From Clostridiales bacterium (lineage in GTDB: Bacteria; Bacillota; Clostridia; Saccharofermentanales; DTU023): a stretch of DNA of 64,000 bases. Positions 34,107 to 43,620 of the stretch are shown here, piece by piece. The first letter of the stretch is position 1. Each line of letters opens with the position of its first letter. The notes below the pieces were generated by a model. The model saw only the letters and a list, made by a program, of their open reading frames with translations. It did not search any database and was not told where the DNA came from. Location of the stretch: positions 72,712-136,711 of the forward strand of contig SFGY01000005.1 in NCBI GenBank assembly GCA_004556455.1. Reading direction: 5' to 3'. A program made the position numbers and the translations under genes.

Positions 34107-36068
34107 TTATTTGCTTTCGAGCATCTTCGATCGGATAAAATCAGGTGCTGCCATCGCCTCATCCTGATCGTCTTCTTTCCCCAGATAGGCTTCGATGACT
34201 TCTGGTCGCCTGACCACTTCCAGAGGGGCCCCCTCCGCGATCAACTGACCGTGATCCAGAACAAGCAGGCGTTCACAGATGCCAAGGACCAGCTTCATGT
34301 CGTGCTCAATAAGCAGAACGGTGAGACCGAAGCGATCGCGGATCAGCCGTATGGTCTTCATGAGATCTTCCGTCTCGATCGGATTCATGCCGGCAGCCGG
34401 TTCATCCAGGAGAAGGACTTTGGGTCGTGTGGCCAGAGCGCGCACAATTTCCAGCTTGCGCTGTTCACCATAGGGGAGTGAAGCGGCACGATGGGAAGCG
34501 ACGTGATCGAGATCAAGGATCTTGAGCAGCTCCAGCGCGCTTTTTTCCACCTCGGCTTCTTCCTTCCAGAAAAGAGGAAGGCGCAGGACGCCCTGAATTT
34601 TGCCGTAGCTCATCTTGTCGTTCATGGCGACCTGAACATTTTGCAGCACGGTAAGGTACTTAAAGAGACGAATATTCTGAAAGGTTCGGGCAATGCCCAT
34701 ATGCACGAGCTCATCTGGCTTTTCGTGGGTGATGACACGATCCTGAAACCGGTATTCGCCGGAGCTTTGGCGATACTGACCGGTAAGAATATTGAAAACC
34801 GTTGTTTTGCCTGCACCATTGGGGCCAATCAGGCCGACCAGTTCGCCTTCCATAAGCCTCAGAGAAAAGTCCTGCAAAGCGTGGAGACCGGCAAAGTGGA
34901 TGGACAGGTGCTGGGTTTTCAGGAGGGGGGCGGCAGAGTTTTTGCCGGAGACGACAGCCGCATGATCAGAAACAGGTGAAGCTGTCTCTGAGAAGGCGGA
35001 TTCTGAGCTCAGGCTACCGGGTTCCTCATCCTGCAAAGGACTTTGGGCCGGGACAGTTACTTCCGCTACCGTGTCTTCTTCCTTACCTTGCGGCTTCTTA
35101 CGCTCCGGAAAGAGCCAGGTGAGGATTTTCGAGATCTGAAACTCTTCGCGGCCCAGAAGGCCAGAAGGGCGGTAGAGCATGACGATGATGAGGGCCAGGG
35201 AATAAAGGATCATACGGTATTCATGAATGGCTCGCAGGAATTCCGGAAGGATGGTCAGGGCGATGGCCGAAAGAATCGAGCCCGTGAAGCTGCCCATACC
35301 ACCGAGGACGACCATGACGAGAATATCAATGGAGGCTGTGGTGCCAAACTGTCGTGCCGAGAGCAAGCCCATGTATTGGGCATAGACCGCGCCTGCGATC
35401 CCGGCGAACATGGCGGAATAGGCAAAAGCGAAGATCTTGCTGCGGCTTAAATTAACCCCCGAGGCTTCGGCGGCGATTTCATCTTCACGAATGGCCAGAA
35501 TCAGACGACCGTGGCGGCTGGTCATCATACTGTACATAAGCAGGACTGAGATGACGCAGATCAGATAAATCAGCGGCATGTTTTTCTGTGTGGGAATCCC
35601 CGACAAACCCTGAGCACCACCGGTAAAGTCAAAATACTCAATGAACACGCGCACGATTTCGCCAAAAGCCAGCGTGATGATGGCCAGATAATCACCTTTA
35701 AGACGGAGACTGGGGATACCGACAAGAAAACCCAGAATGAGTGCAGCGAGACTGCCGAGAAGAAGGGCGCAGAGATAGGCGGGTAAACCCTGCATTAGGC
35801 CACTTTTCAGAAAAAGACCTGCGCTGTAGGCTCCAACCGACATAAATCCGGCATGACCAAGGCTGATCTGGCCGAGAATCCCGACCGTGATATTGAGCGA
35901 TGCAGCCAGGATGATGTTGATCATAATCATGATGAGAATGCCGCTGTAATAGCGATTCAGGAGGCCCTGAGTGCTGAGACCCAGGATGAGCAGATAGCCT
36001 CCAAAAAGCAGCAGGAAAGTTGCCGCGTAATCTCTTTTTTTATTCCCTGGCAGTGTAAAAGTTCTCAT
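34107..36068 (-). CDS. fused LivM-type permease and LivG-type ATPase
   Basis: N-terminal ~330 aa is a polytopic permease. After an S/P/E-rich linker comes an ABC ATPase (GPNGAGKTT, LPYGEQRKLE, LLLLDEPAAG) in one 653-aa ORF. Confidence 0.85.
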   Translation of the reverse strand: MRTFTLPGNKKRDYAATFLLLFGGYLLILGLSTQGLLNRYYSGILIMIMINIILAASLNITVGILGQISLGHAGFMSVGAYSAGLFLKSGLMQGLPAYLCALLLGSLAALILGFLVGIPSLRLKGDYLAIITLAFGEIVRVFIEYFDFTGGAQGLSGIPTQKNMPLIYLICVISVLLMYSMMTSRHGRLILAIREDEIAAEASGVNLSRSKIFAFAYSAMFAGIAGAVYAQYMGLLSARQFGTTASIDILVMVVLGGMGSFTGSILSAIALTILPEFLRAIHEYRMILYSLALIIVMLYRPSGLLGREEFQISKILTWLFPERKKPQGKEEDTVAEVTVPAQSPLQDEEPGSLSSESAFSETASPVSDHAAVVSGKNSAAPLLKTQHLSIHFAGLHALQDFSLRLMEGELVGLIGPNGAGKTTVFNILTGQYRQSSGEYRFQDRVITHEKPDELVHMGIARTFQNIRLFKYLTVLQNVQVAMNDKMSYGKIQGVLRLPLFWKEEAEVEKSALELLKILDLDHVASHRAASLPYGEQRKLEIVRALATRPKVLLLDEPAAGMNPIETEDLMKTIRLIRDRFGLTVLLIEHDMKLVLGICERLLVLDHGQLIAEGAPLEVVRRPEVIEAYLGKEDDQDEAMAAPDFIRSKMLESK

Positions 36069-36071
36069 GTC

Positions 36072-36956
36072 TCAGACCTTCTCTCTCATTTCTTTACCGA
36101 AAAGGCCGCTCGGCTTGACCAGCAGAACGATGATAAGCACGGCAAAAACGAAGGCATCGCTCAGCGCCGTTGAAACGTAGGCTTTGCTCAAAGCTTCAAT
36201 GATGCCAAGAATCAGTCCGCCGACCACAGCGCCGGGGACATTGCCGATGCCGCCGACCACAGCAGCAATGAAAGCCTTGATGCCCAGCATCATGCCCATG
36301 GTGGGATTGATCTGTGGAAAAACCGCGAGGTAGAAAATGGCGCCTAGAGCAGCAAGAGCACTGCCGATGGCGAAGGTCAGACTGATGGCGTGATCCACAT
36401 TGATGCCGATCATGCTGGCGGCGCCGTAATCTTCGCTGGTGGCCAGCATCGCCGTACCCCATTTGCTGCCGCGAAGAAAGAGCTGCAGCAGCAAGGTCAG
36501 AATCAGCGTGACAATGACAGTAATCAGCATGGGTAGGGAGAGCTTTAAGTCTCCGACTTGCACTGCCTCGCCCTCAAAAACACGTGGAAAGGGCTTTGCG
36601 CCGGTACCAATAAATTTAGCCACGAGGTTTTCGATAAGTAAAGAAACCCCGATAGCCGTGATCAGATTGGCAATGCGTGGTGAATTGCGCAGGGGTCGAT
36701 AAGCTATTTTTTCGATGAGGACACCGGCAAGCCCGCAGACGACCATAGCCACCAGGCCGGAAGCCCAAACCGGGAGACCTCTGGCATTGAGCAGAGGAAG
36801 CACGGAGAGTGCAGTGTAGGCGCCGATCATGAGGATATCCCCATGGGCAAAATTGATCAGTTTGGCAATGCCGTAGACCATCGTGTAGCCCAAAGCAATC
36901 AAGCCGTAAATACTGCCGATCTGAATGCCGTTGAGCAGCTGATAAATAAAATTCAT
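36072..36956 (-). CDS. livH: branched-chain amino acid ABC transporter permease (LivH type)
   Basis: 294-aa polytopic ORF, NFAHGD motif. Confidence 0.88.
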   Translation of the reverse strand: MNFIYQLLNGIQIGSIYGLIALGYTMVYGIAKLINFAHGDILMIGAYTALSVLPLLNARGLPVWASGLVAMVVCGLAGVLIEKIAYRPLRNSPRIANLITAIGVSLLIENLVAKFIGTGAKPFPRVFEGEAVQVGDLKLSLPMLITVIVTLILTLLLQLFLRGSKWGTAMLATSEDYGAASMIGINVDHAISLTFAIGSALAALGAIFYLAVFPQINPTMGMMLGIKAFIAAVVGGIGNVPGAVVGGLILGIIEALSKAYVSTALSDAFVFAVLIIVLLVKPSGLFGKEMREKV

Positions 36957-37130
36957 TTCCCTGACCTTTTTCTTAGACCTTTGTCTTTGGCCTTTTCTTC
37001 TTGCATGAAACTTTACCCGGAAGATTCAAGTCGCCTCTATGGCAAGGATCAGGCTCCCGGAAGCAGCTCCGGGAAGCCTGCGGCATCTCGCCGCAGGCCC
37101 CGCAAAACTGGCGGACGGATCTGGGACCGT

Positions 37131-38390
37131 CTATTTTTCCGCCTTGACCACTAGATCCAGAACGTAAGCGCCGTCGACAATTTTAATCATTGAAACATCT
37201 TTGATGGGGTTGTTATTTTCGTCGAAGGTTAACTGTCCGGTAATGCCCTCGAAGTTCAACTGTTTTAATTCTTTGCAGATGGTTTCACGATCGACTTGTC
37301 CTGCTTTTTCGATAGCGGCTTTGAACATGTAAATTCCGTCGTAGGCCAGAGCTGAAAAAGCTGTAGGATCGTCCCCCCAGGCTTCACGGTAGGTCTTGAT
37401 AAAGTTCTGAATTTTTTCGGAGTCGGCATCCATCGCATAATGGTTTGCATAAACCACATTATTCAGAACATCCTGAGAGCTTTTTTCAATCTGCTTGAGC
37501 ACGCCATCCCAGCCGTCTGGGCCAAGCACCAGGCAATCCAGTCCGATTTCCCGTGCCTGACTGACGATCAGGGCATCCGTCTCATAGTAGTCCGGAACGA
37601 GCAGGACATCCGGCGATGCAGAAGCAATATTGGTGAGCTGTACGCGGAAATCCTTATCAGCGCTGCCATAAGCTTCCTCGGCGACAATTTCAACACCCTG
37701 AGCTTTGGCCTCAGTCTTAAAGGCCTCAACAATGCCGCTCGAATATTCTGAAGAGCTGTTTTTCAGCAGAGCAGCTTTTTTCTTCCCACATTGGCTGGCA
37801 TAGCGAGCCAGAACCGTTCCCTGATAAGGATCGGTATAGCAGACACGGAAGACATAGTCCCGGCCCTCAGTGATGGAGATTTGTGTGCCTGAGGGAGTCA
37901 GCATCGGGACTTTATCTTCATTGGCCAGAGGCGCTATCGCGAGACAGGGAGCCGAGGTTATGGCGCCGAGAATACCGCAGACGCCATCTTCGACGAGCCG
38001 GTTGTAGGCGTTGATGGCTTCCGTGTTATTGTGCTTATCATCCAGCAACACAAATTCGACGGGACGACCCAGGATACCACCGGCTTTATTGATTTCTTCA
38101 ACGGCCATTTTCGCCCCATTCGTGGCTGATACGCCGTAGACAGCAACTTCGCCTGTTAAGGGTCCCATAGAACCAATTTTAATGCTTTCCCCCGCAGCTT
38201 CGGTGGCTGTGCTCTTGCCGCCCTCTGTTGCAGGCGCAGGGGACGAAGCTTCTTTTTGCTCCGGAGCAGCGCTGTTTTCCGTCTTTTCTGCTGAGGCAGA
38301 TGAGGGGCTTGGTGTGGCCGGGCTCGAACAGGCGCTCAGTAAAAAGGCGCTGACGAGGAACAAGGTACATAGTAAAGTGAGTTTTTTCAT
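37131..38390 (-). CDS. ABC transporter substrate-binding lipoprotein (LivJ/K, Leu/Ile/Val-binding family)
   Basis: MKKLTLLCTLFLVSAFLLSAC lipobox signal, GGGAGGA RBS, type I periplasmic binding fold (IKIGSMGPLTGEVAVYG). Confidence 0.85.
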   Translation of the reverse strand: MKKLTLLCTLFLVSAFLLSACSSPATPSPSSASAEKTENSAAPEQKEASSPAPATEGGKSTATEAAGESIKIGSMGPLTGEVAVYGVSATNGAKMAVEEINKAGGILGRPVEFVLLDDKHNNTEAINAYNRLVEDGVCGILGAITSAPCLAIAPLANEDKVPMLTPSGTQISITEGRDYVFRVCYTDPYQGTVLARYASQCGKKKAALLKNSSSEYSSGIVEAFKTEAKAQGVEIVAEEAYGSADKDFRVQLTNIASASPDVLLVPDYYETDALIVSQAREIGLDCLVLGPDGWDGVLKQIEKSSQDVLNNVVYANHYAMDADSEKIQNFIKTYREAWGDDPTAFSALAYDGIYMFKAAIEKAGQVDRETICKELKQLNFEGITGQLTFDENNNPIKDVSMIKIVDGAYVLDLVVKAEK

Positions 38391-38477
38391 CGTTTCCTCC
38401 CTGAGGACAGAAGAGAAGTTCTTTGACAAAGCGCTGAATCCGTCAGGATAGAGACTTTGCAGCAAACATTTCAGGTA

Positions 38478-38560
38478 AATAAAAAGAGATCGTGCGAAGC
38501 CCTCTTTATTCCCTGAGTACAGGAAATAAGGTCGCAGAAGGCATTCCACGATCTCTTCAA
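38478..38560 (-). terminator. leader terminator/attenuator upstream of the liv operon
   Basis: On the minus strand, agagatcgtg (38547-38556) pairs with cacgatctct (38485-38494), followed by TTTTTATTT. An inner imperfect hairpin is also present. It lies between the putative promoter and the start codon. Confidence 0.55.
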
Positions 38561-38670
38561 TTGTGCATCAAATAAGTCGTTCAGCGATTTGTCTGAGTTT
38601 TACCCTCAACATCTCGGCTAAGTCTCCTCTTCATCCCATAAAAAGATTGGACCCATTATAAAAAGCAGAA

Positions 38671-38685
38671 AATTTTCAAACAATT
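38671..38685. promoter_or_regulatory. CodY-box-like sequence in the liv promoter region
   Basis: AATTTTCAAACAATT matches the AATTTTCWGAAAATT consensus at 13 of 15 positions; overlaps the candidate -35 (TTGAAA) upstream of TATAAT. Confidence 0.4.
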
Positions 38686-38772
38686 CACAAAGTGGCTAAG
38701 TTCTCAGGGATATTACGCGCTTTTATAGCAAATTTAGATAAAAAACTAAGAAACGCGCAAAAATATACAAAG

Positions 38773-40083
38773 TTATGCATTCGGGTGCTTATTGAAGACC
38801 TGTGGCCAGAGGCGGGGCAGGATGAGCTGAGCCAGGAGACCCAGCACGACGACAGGAAGAATCCAGGCAAAGTTCTTGAAGCTTTCCGGGAATAAATTTT
38901 CCAGCGGTGCCATGAGACTGATATGGCCATCAATACCATTTAAGATCATCTCTGCGGTGGGGAAGAGTGCGCCAAGCGAGCAGCCCATATGCAGGGCCTT
39001 GTGATCGAGGCTTTTATAAAAGAAATTGAGGACAATGAGCACAATGGCTAAGGGATAGATTCCTGCAAGAATCGGTGCGGCTATGGAGACAATTTTGTCT
39101 ACCCCGGAGATGGAAAAATAATAACTGAAGGCGGTGGAGGCCAGAATTGCCCAGCGCATCTTGATGCGTCCGTGCGAGAGCGTTTCAAAAAATTCGCCCA
39201 CAGTGGAGCTCAGCCCTATGGCTGTCGTGAGACAGGCTAAAACCATGGCGAGGCACATGAAGACGCTGCCCAGCCTGCCCAGCAAACCTTCGGCAATGAA
39301 GATCAGGCGATCCACATAGGTAAAATCGTGAATTTCTTTGAGAGAAGAGGTCGTTGCACCAATGTAGAGCAAGCCGGAATAGAGAGCGGCAATCCCTATC
39401 GAGGCGATAATCCCGGCTTTAATGGTGCAGCTCACAAGCTCATCATGATCGTGAATCCCTTTGTTGACAAAAGAAGCGACAACGATAGAAGTAAAGCACA
39501 TGGCGCCGATCGCGTCCATCGTTTGATATCCTTTTTCAAAGGACGTGGAAAAGACGGCTTCCATACCGGTTGGAATCATTTCACCAAGTGGAGTGATGAG
39601 GCCTTTAATGATAATAATCGAGAGAACAATGATGAGGCCAGGGGTAAGAAAATTGCCAATCAGATCCACAACGCGGGATGGCCTGAACACAAAAAAGAGC
39701 ACAATACTGAAAAAGATCGCAGAGGAAAGCCAGGCCGGAAAAGCGGGAATGAGGCTGCCTTTGAGAAACTCATAGGTGGTTGCGGCCGTTCTGGGAATGG
39801 CGAGGCCCGGCCCTATGGCCAGCATCGCTAAAACAGAAAAAAGGCTGATGGGCACTTTGCCAAGGTGATGTCCAAGATCCATGATATTTCCACCGGCCCG
39901 GGTTGTCGCGACGACTCCCATGAACACGAGGCCGATGCCGGTGCTCAAAAACCCTAAAGTTGCCGGCAGATATGCGCTGCCTGCTTCAGCCCCCAGCTGC
40001 GGAGGAAAGATCAGATTTCCAGCGCCGACAAACATTGCGAACAGGGCAAGCCCAGATACAATAATGATCTTTCTCTTACTCAT
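38773..40083 (-). CDS. brnQ: branched-chain amino acid transport system II carrier
   Basis: 436-aa 12-TM ORF, N-terminal GLALFAMFVGAGNLIFPP motif of the LIVCS family. Confidence 0.9.
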   Translation of the reverse strand: MSKRKIIIVSGLALFAMFVGAGNLIFPPQLGAEAGSAYLPATLGFLSTGIGLVFMGVVATTRAGGNIMDLGHHLGKVPISLFSVLAMLAIGPGLAIPRTAATTYEFLKGSLIPAFPAWLSSAIFFSIVLFFVFRPSRVVDLIGNFLTPGLIIVLSIIIIKGLITPLGEMIPTGMEAVFSTSFEKGYQTMDAIGAMCFTSIVVASFVNKGIHDHDELVSCTIKAGIIASIGIAALYSGLLYIGATTSSLKEIHDFTYVDRLIFIAEGLLGRLGSVFMCLAMVLACLTTAIGLSSTVGEFFETLSHGRIKMRWAILASTAFSYYFSISGVDKIVSIAAPILAGIYPLAIVLIVLNFFYKSLDHKALHMGCSLGALFPTAEMILNGIDGHISLMAPLENLFPESFKNFAWILPVVVLGLLAQLILPRLWPQVFNKHPNA

Positions 40084-40569
40084 AAAGCCTCAGATTCTCA
40101 TAGATTATTGAAGGTCGTCTTTAAGAAAAAACGACGATTAAGAACAAGAGTAGTGTAGCATTTTTTAAATAAATTAGACAAGAAAGTTGTGTCAAATTAT
40201 CAAAACATAGTGCAAATAGATAAATAAAGTTATTTTTGTATCCTTATACAGACCAATGTCTGAGGATACAGATAAATGGTTCTTTATTATGCATTTTTTA
40301 CAAAGCGGCTTACCATCCTGACATAGCGACCTCATGTTGAATCTTAAACGGCTTTGTCTTAGATAGCGTCCTTTCATGAAACAAATTTGCTCTTTTCTCA
40401 TGCTTTTCTAATCTTTATGCCCTTATCTTCTCATCTTCGGTTTATATACTTAAAGCAGATCAGAGCTCAATGCCTGAAAATTGTAAAATAAGTGTCGAGA
40501 TGGCTTGAGTACTCAAAAGATGAAAGATCTGATCAAATATTAAAAGTCTTATGATAAAGGAGAAGTCTT

Positions 40570-41085
40570 ATGGATCATTTTGAAATGGTTGAAAAACTGC
40601 GTCAGGTCGCTAATGTGTCTTATGAAGAAGCCAAAGATGCGCTGGAAAAGTCGAACTGGGATCTGCTCGACGCGATGGTTTCCCTGGAAAAAGACGGAAA
40701 AATCAAGAAAGATGCCGGTTATCAGGAAGAATTTAAGACAAAGACCGAGGAAGAAAGCAAAAATGAAGAAAAAGAGGCGAGAACGGCCCGCCAGAAAGAA
40801 GCAGTCAACGGCTTTTTCCAGGGCATAGGCCGCTTCATTCAGGCCGGAAATGAAATCTTCCTGGATATTCGCTACAAAGGAGAGCCGTTTGTTTCTTTAC
40901 CTCTCACCGTGCTCGTTCTTCTGGCTATACTCATCAGTCCGATCCTCCCGATGATTTTGATTGCAGCCCTCATCTCACTTTTCTTTAATGTAAGGTATAC
41001 TTTAACGGACCGCCGCAGAGAAGCAGACAAACACAAGAGTGCCAATGAAATCTTCAAGGGGAAAGAAGACCATAAAGAGGACTAA
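40570..41085 (+). CDS. UBA/EF-Ts-N-like domain protein with C-terminal membrane segment (DUF4342-like)
   Basis: N-terminal VSYEEAKDALEKSNWDLLDAMVSLEK resembles the UBA/TS-N fold, followed by a K/E-rich linker and a hydrophobic C-terminal region. Confidence 0.5.
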   Translation: MDHFEMVEKLRQVANVSYEEAKDALEKSNWDLLDAMVSLEKDGKIKKDAGYQEEFKTKTEEESKNEEKEARTARQKEAVNGFFQGIGRFIQAGNEIFLDIRYKGEPFVSLPLTVLVLLAILISPILPMILIAALISLFFNVRYTLTDRRREADKHKSANEIFKGKEDHKED

Positions 41086-41202
41086 AATTCAAGATTAAGC
41101 TGAACTCTTTCTTTCTCAGAGGTTTATGTGATGACGAAAAAGTACAAGTCCCGGAAGGCTTCCTTCTGGGACTTTGGGTTACTGAAAGGGTGTGCATGTG
41201 CG

Positions 41203-41952
41203 ATGAAGCAAGCCAGCAGCAATGAAACAGCCAAAGCACGTATTCTGATCGTAGAAGATGAAGAGAAAATTGCGCGATTTGTCGAACTTGAACTTCTACA
41301 CGAGGGATATCTGGTCGAGAAGGCCTTTGATGGAAGAAATGGATTGGACCTGGCCTTAAACGGTCACTTTGATTTACTCCTTCTGGATGTCCTACTCCCC
41401 GGACTGAATGGCTTTGAACTCCTGCGTCGGCTGCGCAAAACTTCTTCTCTTCCGGTGATTATGCTGACGGCCAAAGACGGGGTCATGGATACGGTTGCAG
41501 GACTTGATATGGGGGCAGATGACTATATGACGAAGCCATTTTCCATAGAGGAGCTGCTGGCCAGAATTCGTCTTGTCCTGCGTAAGAGTCAAAAAAATTC
41601 GGATAAGGAAGAACTCAACTATGGGCCGCTGCATATGGATCTTGCCCGGCATCGCGTCAGCTTCCAGCTTAACTCGGAGTCAGCGCAGAGCGACGCTGAG
41701 CAGGATATTGAACTCAGCAGCCGCGAGTTCGACCTGCTCCGTGTGTTTATGGAAAATGCAGAACTGTTGCTGACCCGTGACCAGCTTTTGGAAAAAGTAT
41801 GGGACACAGATTTTATGGGTGAGAGCAATGTGGTCGATGTCTATGTGCGCTATCTGCGGCAGAAAATCGACCAGGTTTTTTCTGTTAAACTGATTCACAC
41901 GGTCAGAGGGCTCGGCTATACCCTCAGGTTAGAAAATCAACACGATGGCTGA
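41203..41952 (+). CDS. OmpR-family response regulator
   Basis: Receiver domain (ILIVEDEE..., LLLLDVLLPGLNG, MLTAKD) plus winged-helix output (VRGLGYTL). Confidence 0.9.
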   Translation: MKQASSNETAKARILIVEDEEKIARFVELELLHEGYLVEKAFDGRNGLDLALNGHFDLLLLDVLLPGLNGFELLRRLRKTSSLPVIMLTAKDGVMDTVAGLDMGADDYMTKPFSIEELLARIRLVLRKSQKNSDKEELNYGPLHMDLARHRVSFQLNSESAQSDAEQDIELSSREFDLLRVFMENAELLLTRDQLLEKVWDTDFMGESNVVDVYVRYLRQKIDQVFSVKLIHTVRGLGYTLRLENQHDG

Positions 41953-43504
41953 GAAAAAGCATTCCGGAAAAAGAAAAATCAATTACCCTGTCACGACTCT
42001 CTCCTTCAAGCTCGGTCTGCAGCTTTTCCTGCGTCTCTTTTTTTCTTTTCTGCTCATGGACCTGCTTCTCGTTTCCCTTATTTTCTATCATTGGGTGGAT
42101 CAGCAGGAAAAAGCTGCTTTTGGCGAGTCCTGGAATATGGCCTGGAAAAGATATCCGGTTTTCTTAAGCGAGAAGGAGGAAGACCGCTTGAAATCGCCCA
42201 CTGTCCGTGAGCATGGCTCTTTATATTCAGAGCATGCACAGGCAAAAATGTCGCCTCTTCAGGTGGCTCTCCCAGATCAACAGTGGCACAGCATATCTTT
42301 CTACGAAAAAATGCGCTATCTTGGCTGGCAGGTTGATCAGGGTGAAGGAAAAATATCCACTTTTGCAGCAGGACATTTTGCCTATTCGCTGGCGACAGGA
42401 GCGACAGCGGTACTCATCTGCGAAATGCTTTTGCTGGGATGGCAGTACCGGAGGGTTCGCAGGAAAATAGAGAAAATCCTGCTCGTCCCCCTGAAAAAAA
42501 TGGCTGAAGAGGCCGAACGCCTCAGCACATCATTGAAGTCTGAGGAAGTCCAGGAGGAAGTTTATCACAATGTCGAATCGGCCATTGTTTCGGCAGAAGC
42601 TTTGAATCCCGATAATGCGGAAACTCGCATCGATATGGGGGATCCCAATTTAAGCGGTATTGAAGATGCGATCAATACTTTACTTTCGCGTGCTCAGGAG
42701 GGAACAAAACAACAGATCCGCTTTGTCTCTGACGCCTCGCATGAACTGCGGACGCCCATTTCTGTCATTCAGGGTTACGCCGAGATGCTGGAGCGCTGGG
42801 GGAGTACGGATGAAGCAGTTCTCAGGGAAAGCATAGAGGCCATCCTTGCGGAGTCCAGGCAGATGCAGATCCTGGTTGAACAACTTCTTTTCCTTGCCCG
42901 CGGAGATGCTGGCCGCAATCCCATTCATATGGAAGTGCTTGATCTTGCAGCTCTGATTAAAGAAACGTGTGATGAATATACCATGATTGATCAGGAGCAT
43001 CACTGGTTCTGTGGCTTCGATAATGATGTCTCTGATGATGTAGAAGAGGGTATCAATGACTTTGAAAAACCTGGAGAAAATGAAGCTGAGTCGGTTCAAA
43101 TCACCTCACTCTGGGTTCAGGCTGACCGCCAGATGCTGAAACAGGTTTTGCGAATTCTTTCGGACAATGCCAGGCGTTATTCCCCTGAGGGAAGTACGAT
43201 TCATCTGCAGGCCTATCGAACTCAGGCTGGGGAACCGGCCTTTTATGTTCAGGATGAAGGTTGCGGCATGAGTCCGGAGGAGCTGCCGCATATTTTTGAC
43301 CGTTTCTATCGCAGCGATCCGGCCCGCCAGCGTGAAGGCGGGGGGAGCGGCCTCGGTCTGGCCATAGCCAAATGGATTGTCGATCAGCATCGAGCGCATT
43401 TCAGTGTCCTCTCCAGAGCGGGTCTGGGCAGCCGCATGAGCGTCATTTTCCCCAGGGAGAGCGCCGAAGTGCAACGGCAAAGACGGAAATTGACGCTGAA
43501 CTGA
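41945..43504 (+). CDS. sensor histidine kinase
   Basis: Two TM segments, H-box FVSDASHELRTPIS, N/G boxes (DEGCGM, GGSGLGLAI); overlaps the RR gene. Confidence 0.9.
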   Translation: MAEKKHSGKRKINYPVTTLSFKLGLQLFLRLFFSFLLMDLLLVSLIFYHWVDQQEKAAFGESWNMAWKRYPVFLSEKEEDRLKSPTVREHGSLYSEHAQAKMSPLQVALPDQQWHSISFYEKMRYLGWQVDQGEGKISTFAAGHFAYSLATGATAVLICEMLLLGWQYRRVRRKIEKILLVPLKKMAEEAERLSTSLKSEEVQEEVYHNVESAIVSAEALNPDNAETRIDMGDPNLSGIEDAINTLLSRAQEGTKQQIRFVSDASHELRTPISVIQGYAEMLERWGSTDEAVLRESIEAILAESRQMQILVEQLLFLARGDAGRNPIHMEVLDLAALIKETCDEYTMIDQEHHWFCGFDNDVSDDVEEGINDFEKPGENEAESVQITSLWVQADRQMLKQVLRILSDNARRYSPEGSTIHLQAYRTQAGEPAFYVQDEGCGMSPEELPHIFDRFYRSDPARQREGGGSGLGLAIAKWIVDQHRAHFSVLSRAGLGSRMSVIFPRESAEVQRQRRKLTLN

Positions 43505-43620
43505 ATGGCAGAACTTGATAAGGAAAGTGGGACATCCGCTTGATTGACCTTCCTCTGAAAAATTGAGTAAGATAATCCGAAAAAGATTAATTTTCGCTTG
43601 AAAGGGCAATAAATAGAAGC

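Noticed and set aside
38391-38549. N-terminal extension of the liv binding-protein ORF (track start 38549)
   Set aside because: The extension runs through the leader hairpin and terminator. A canonical lipoprotein signal peptide with a strong RBS starts at 38390.
40192-40401. 69-aa minus-strand ORF in the A+T-rich brnQ upstream region, plus the hairpin 40238-40269 (gtatcct-tata-cagac-caat-gtctg-aggatac)
   Set aside because: The ORF has no RBS and an odd composition. The hairpin is real in the sequence, but its function (in the brnQ leader or promoter region) cannot be inferred. Only a weak CodY-like word (AATTATCAAAACATA, 4 mismatches) is nearby.
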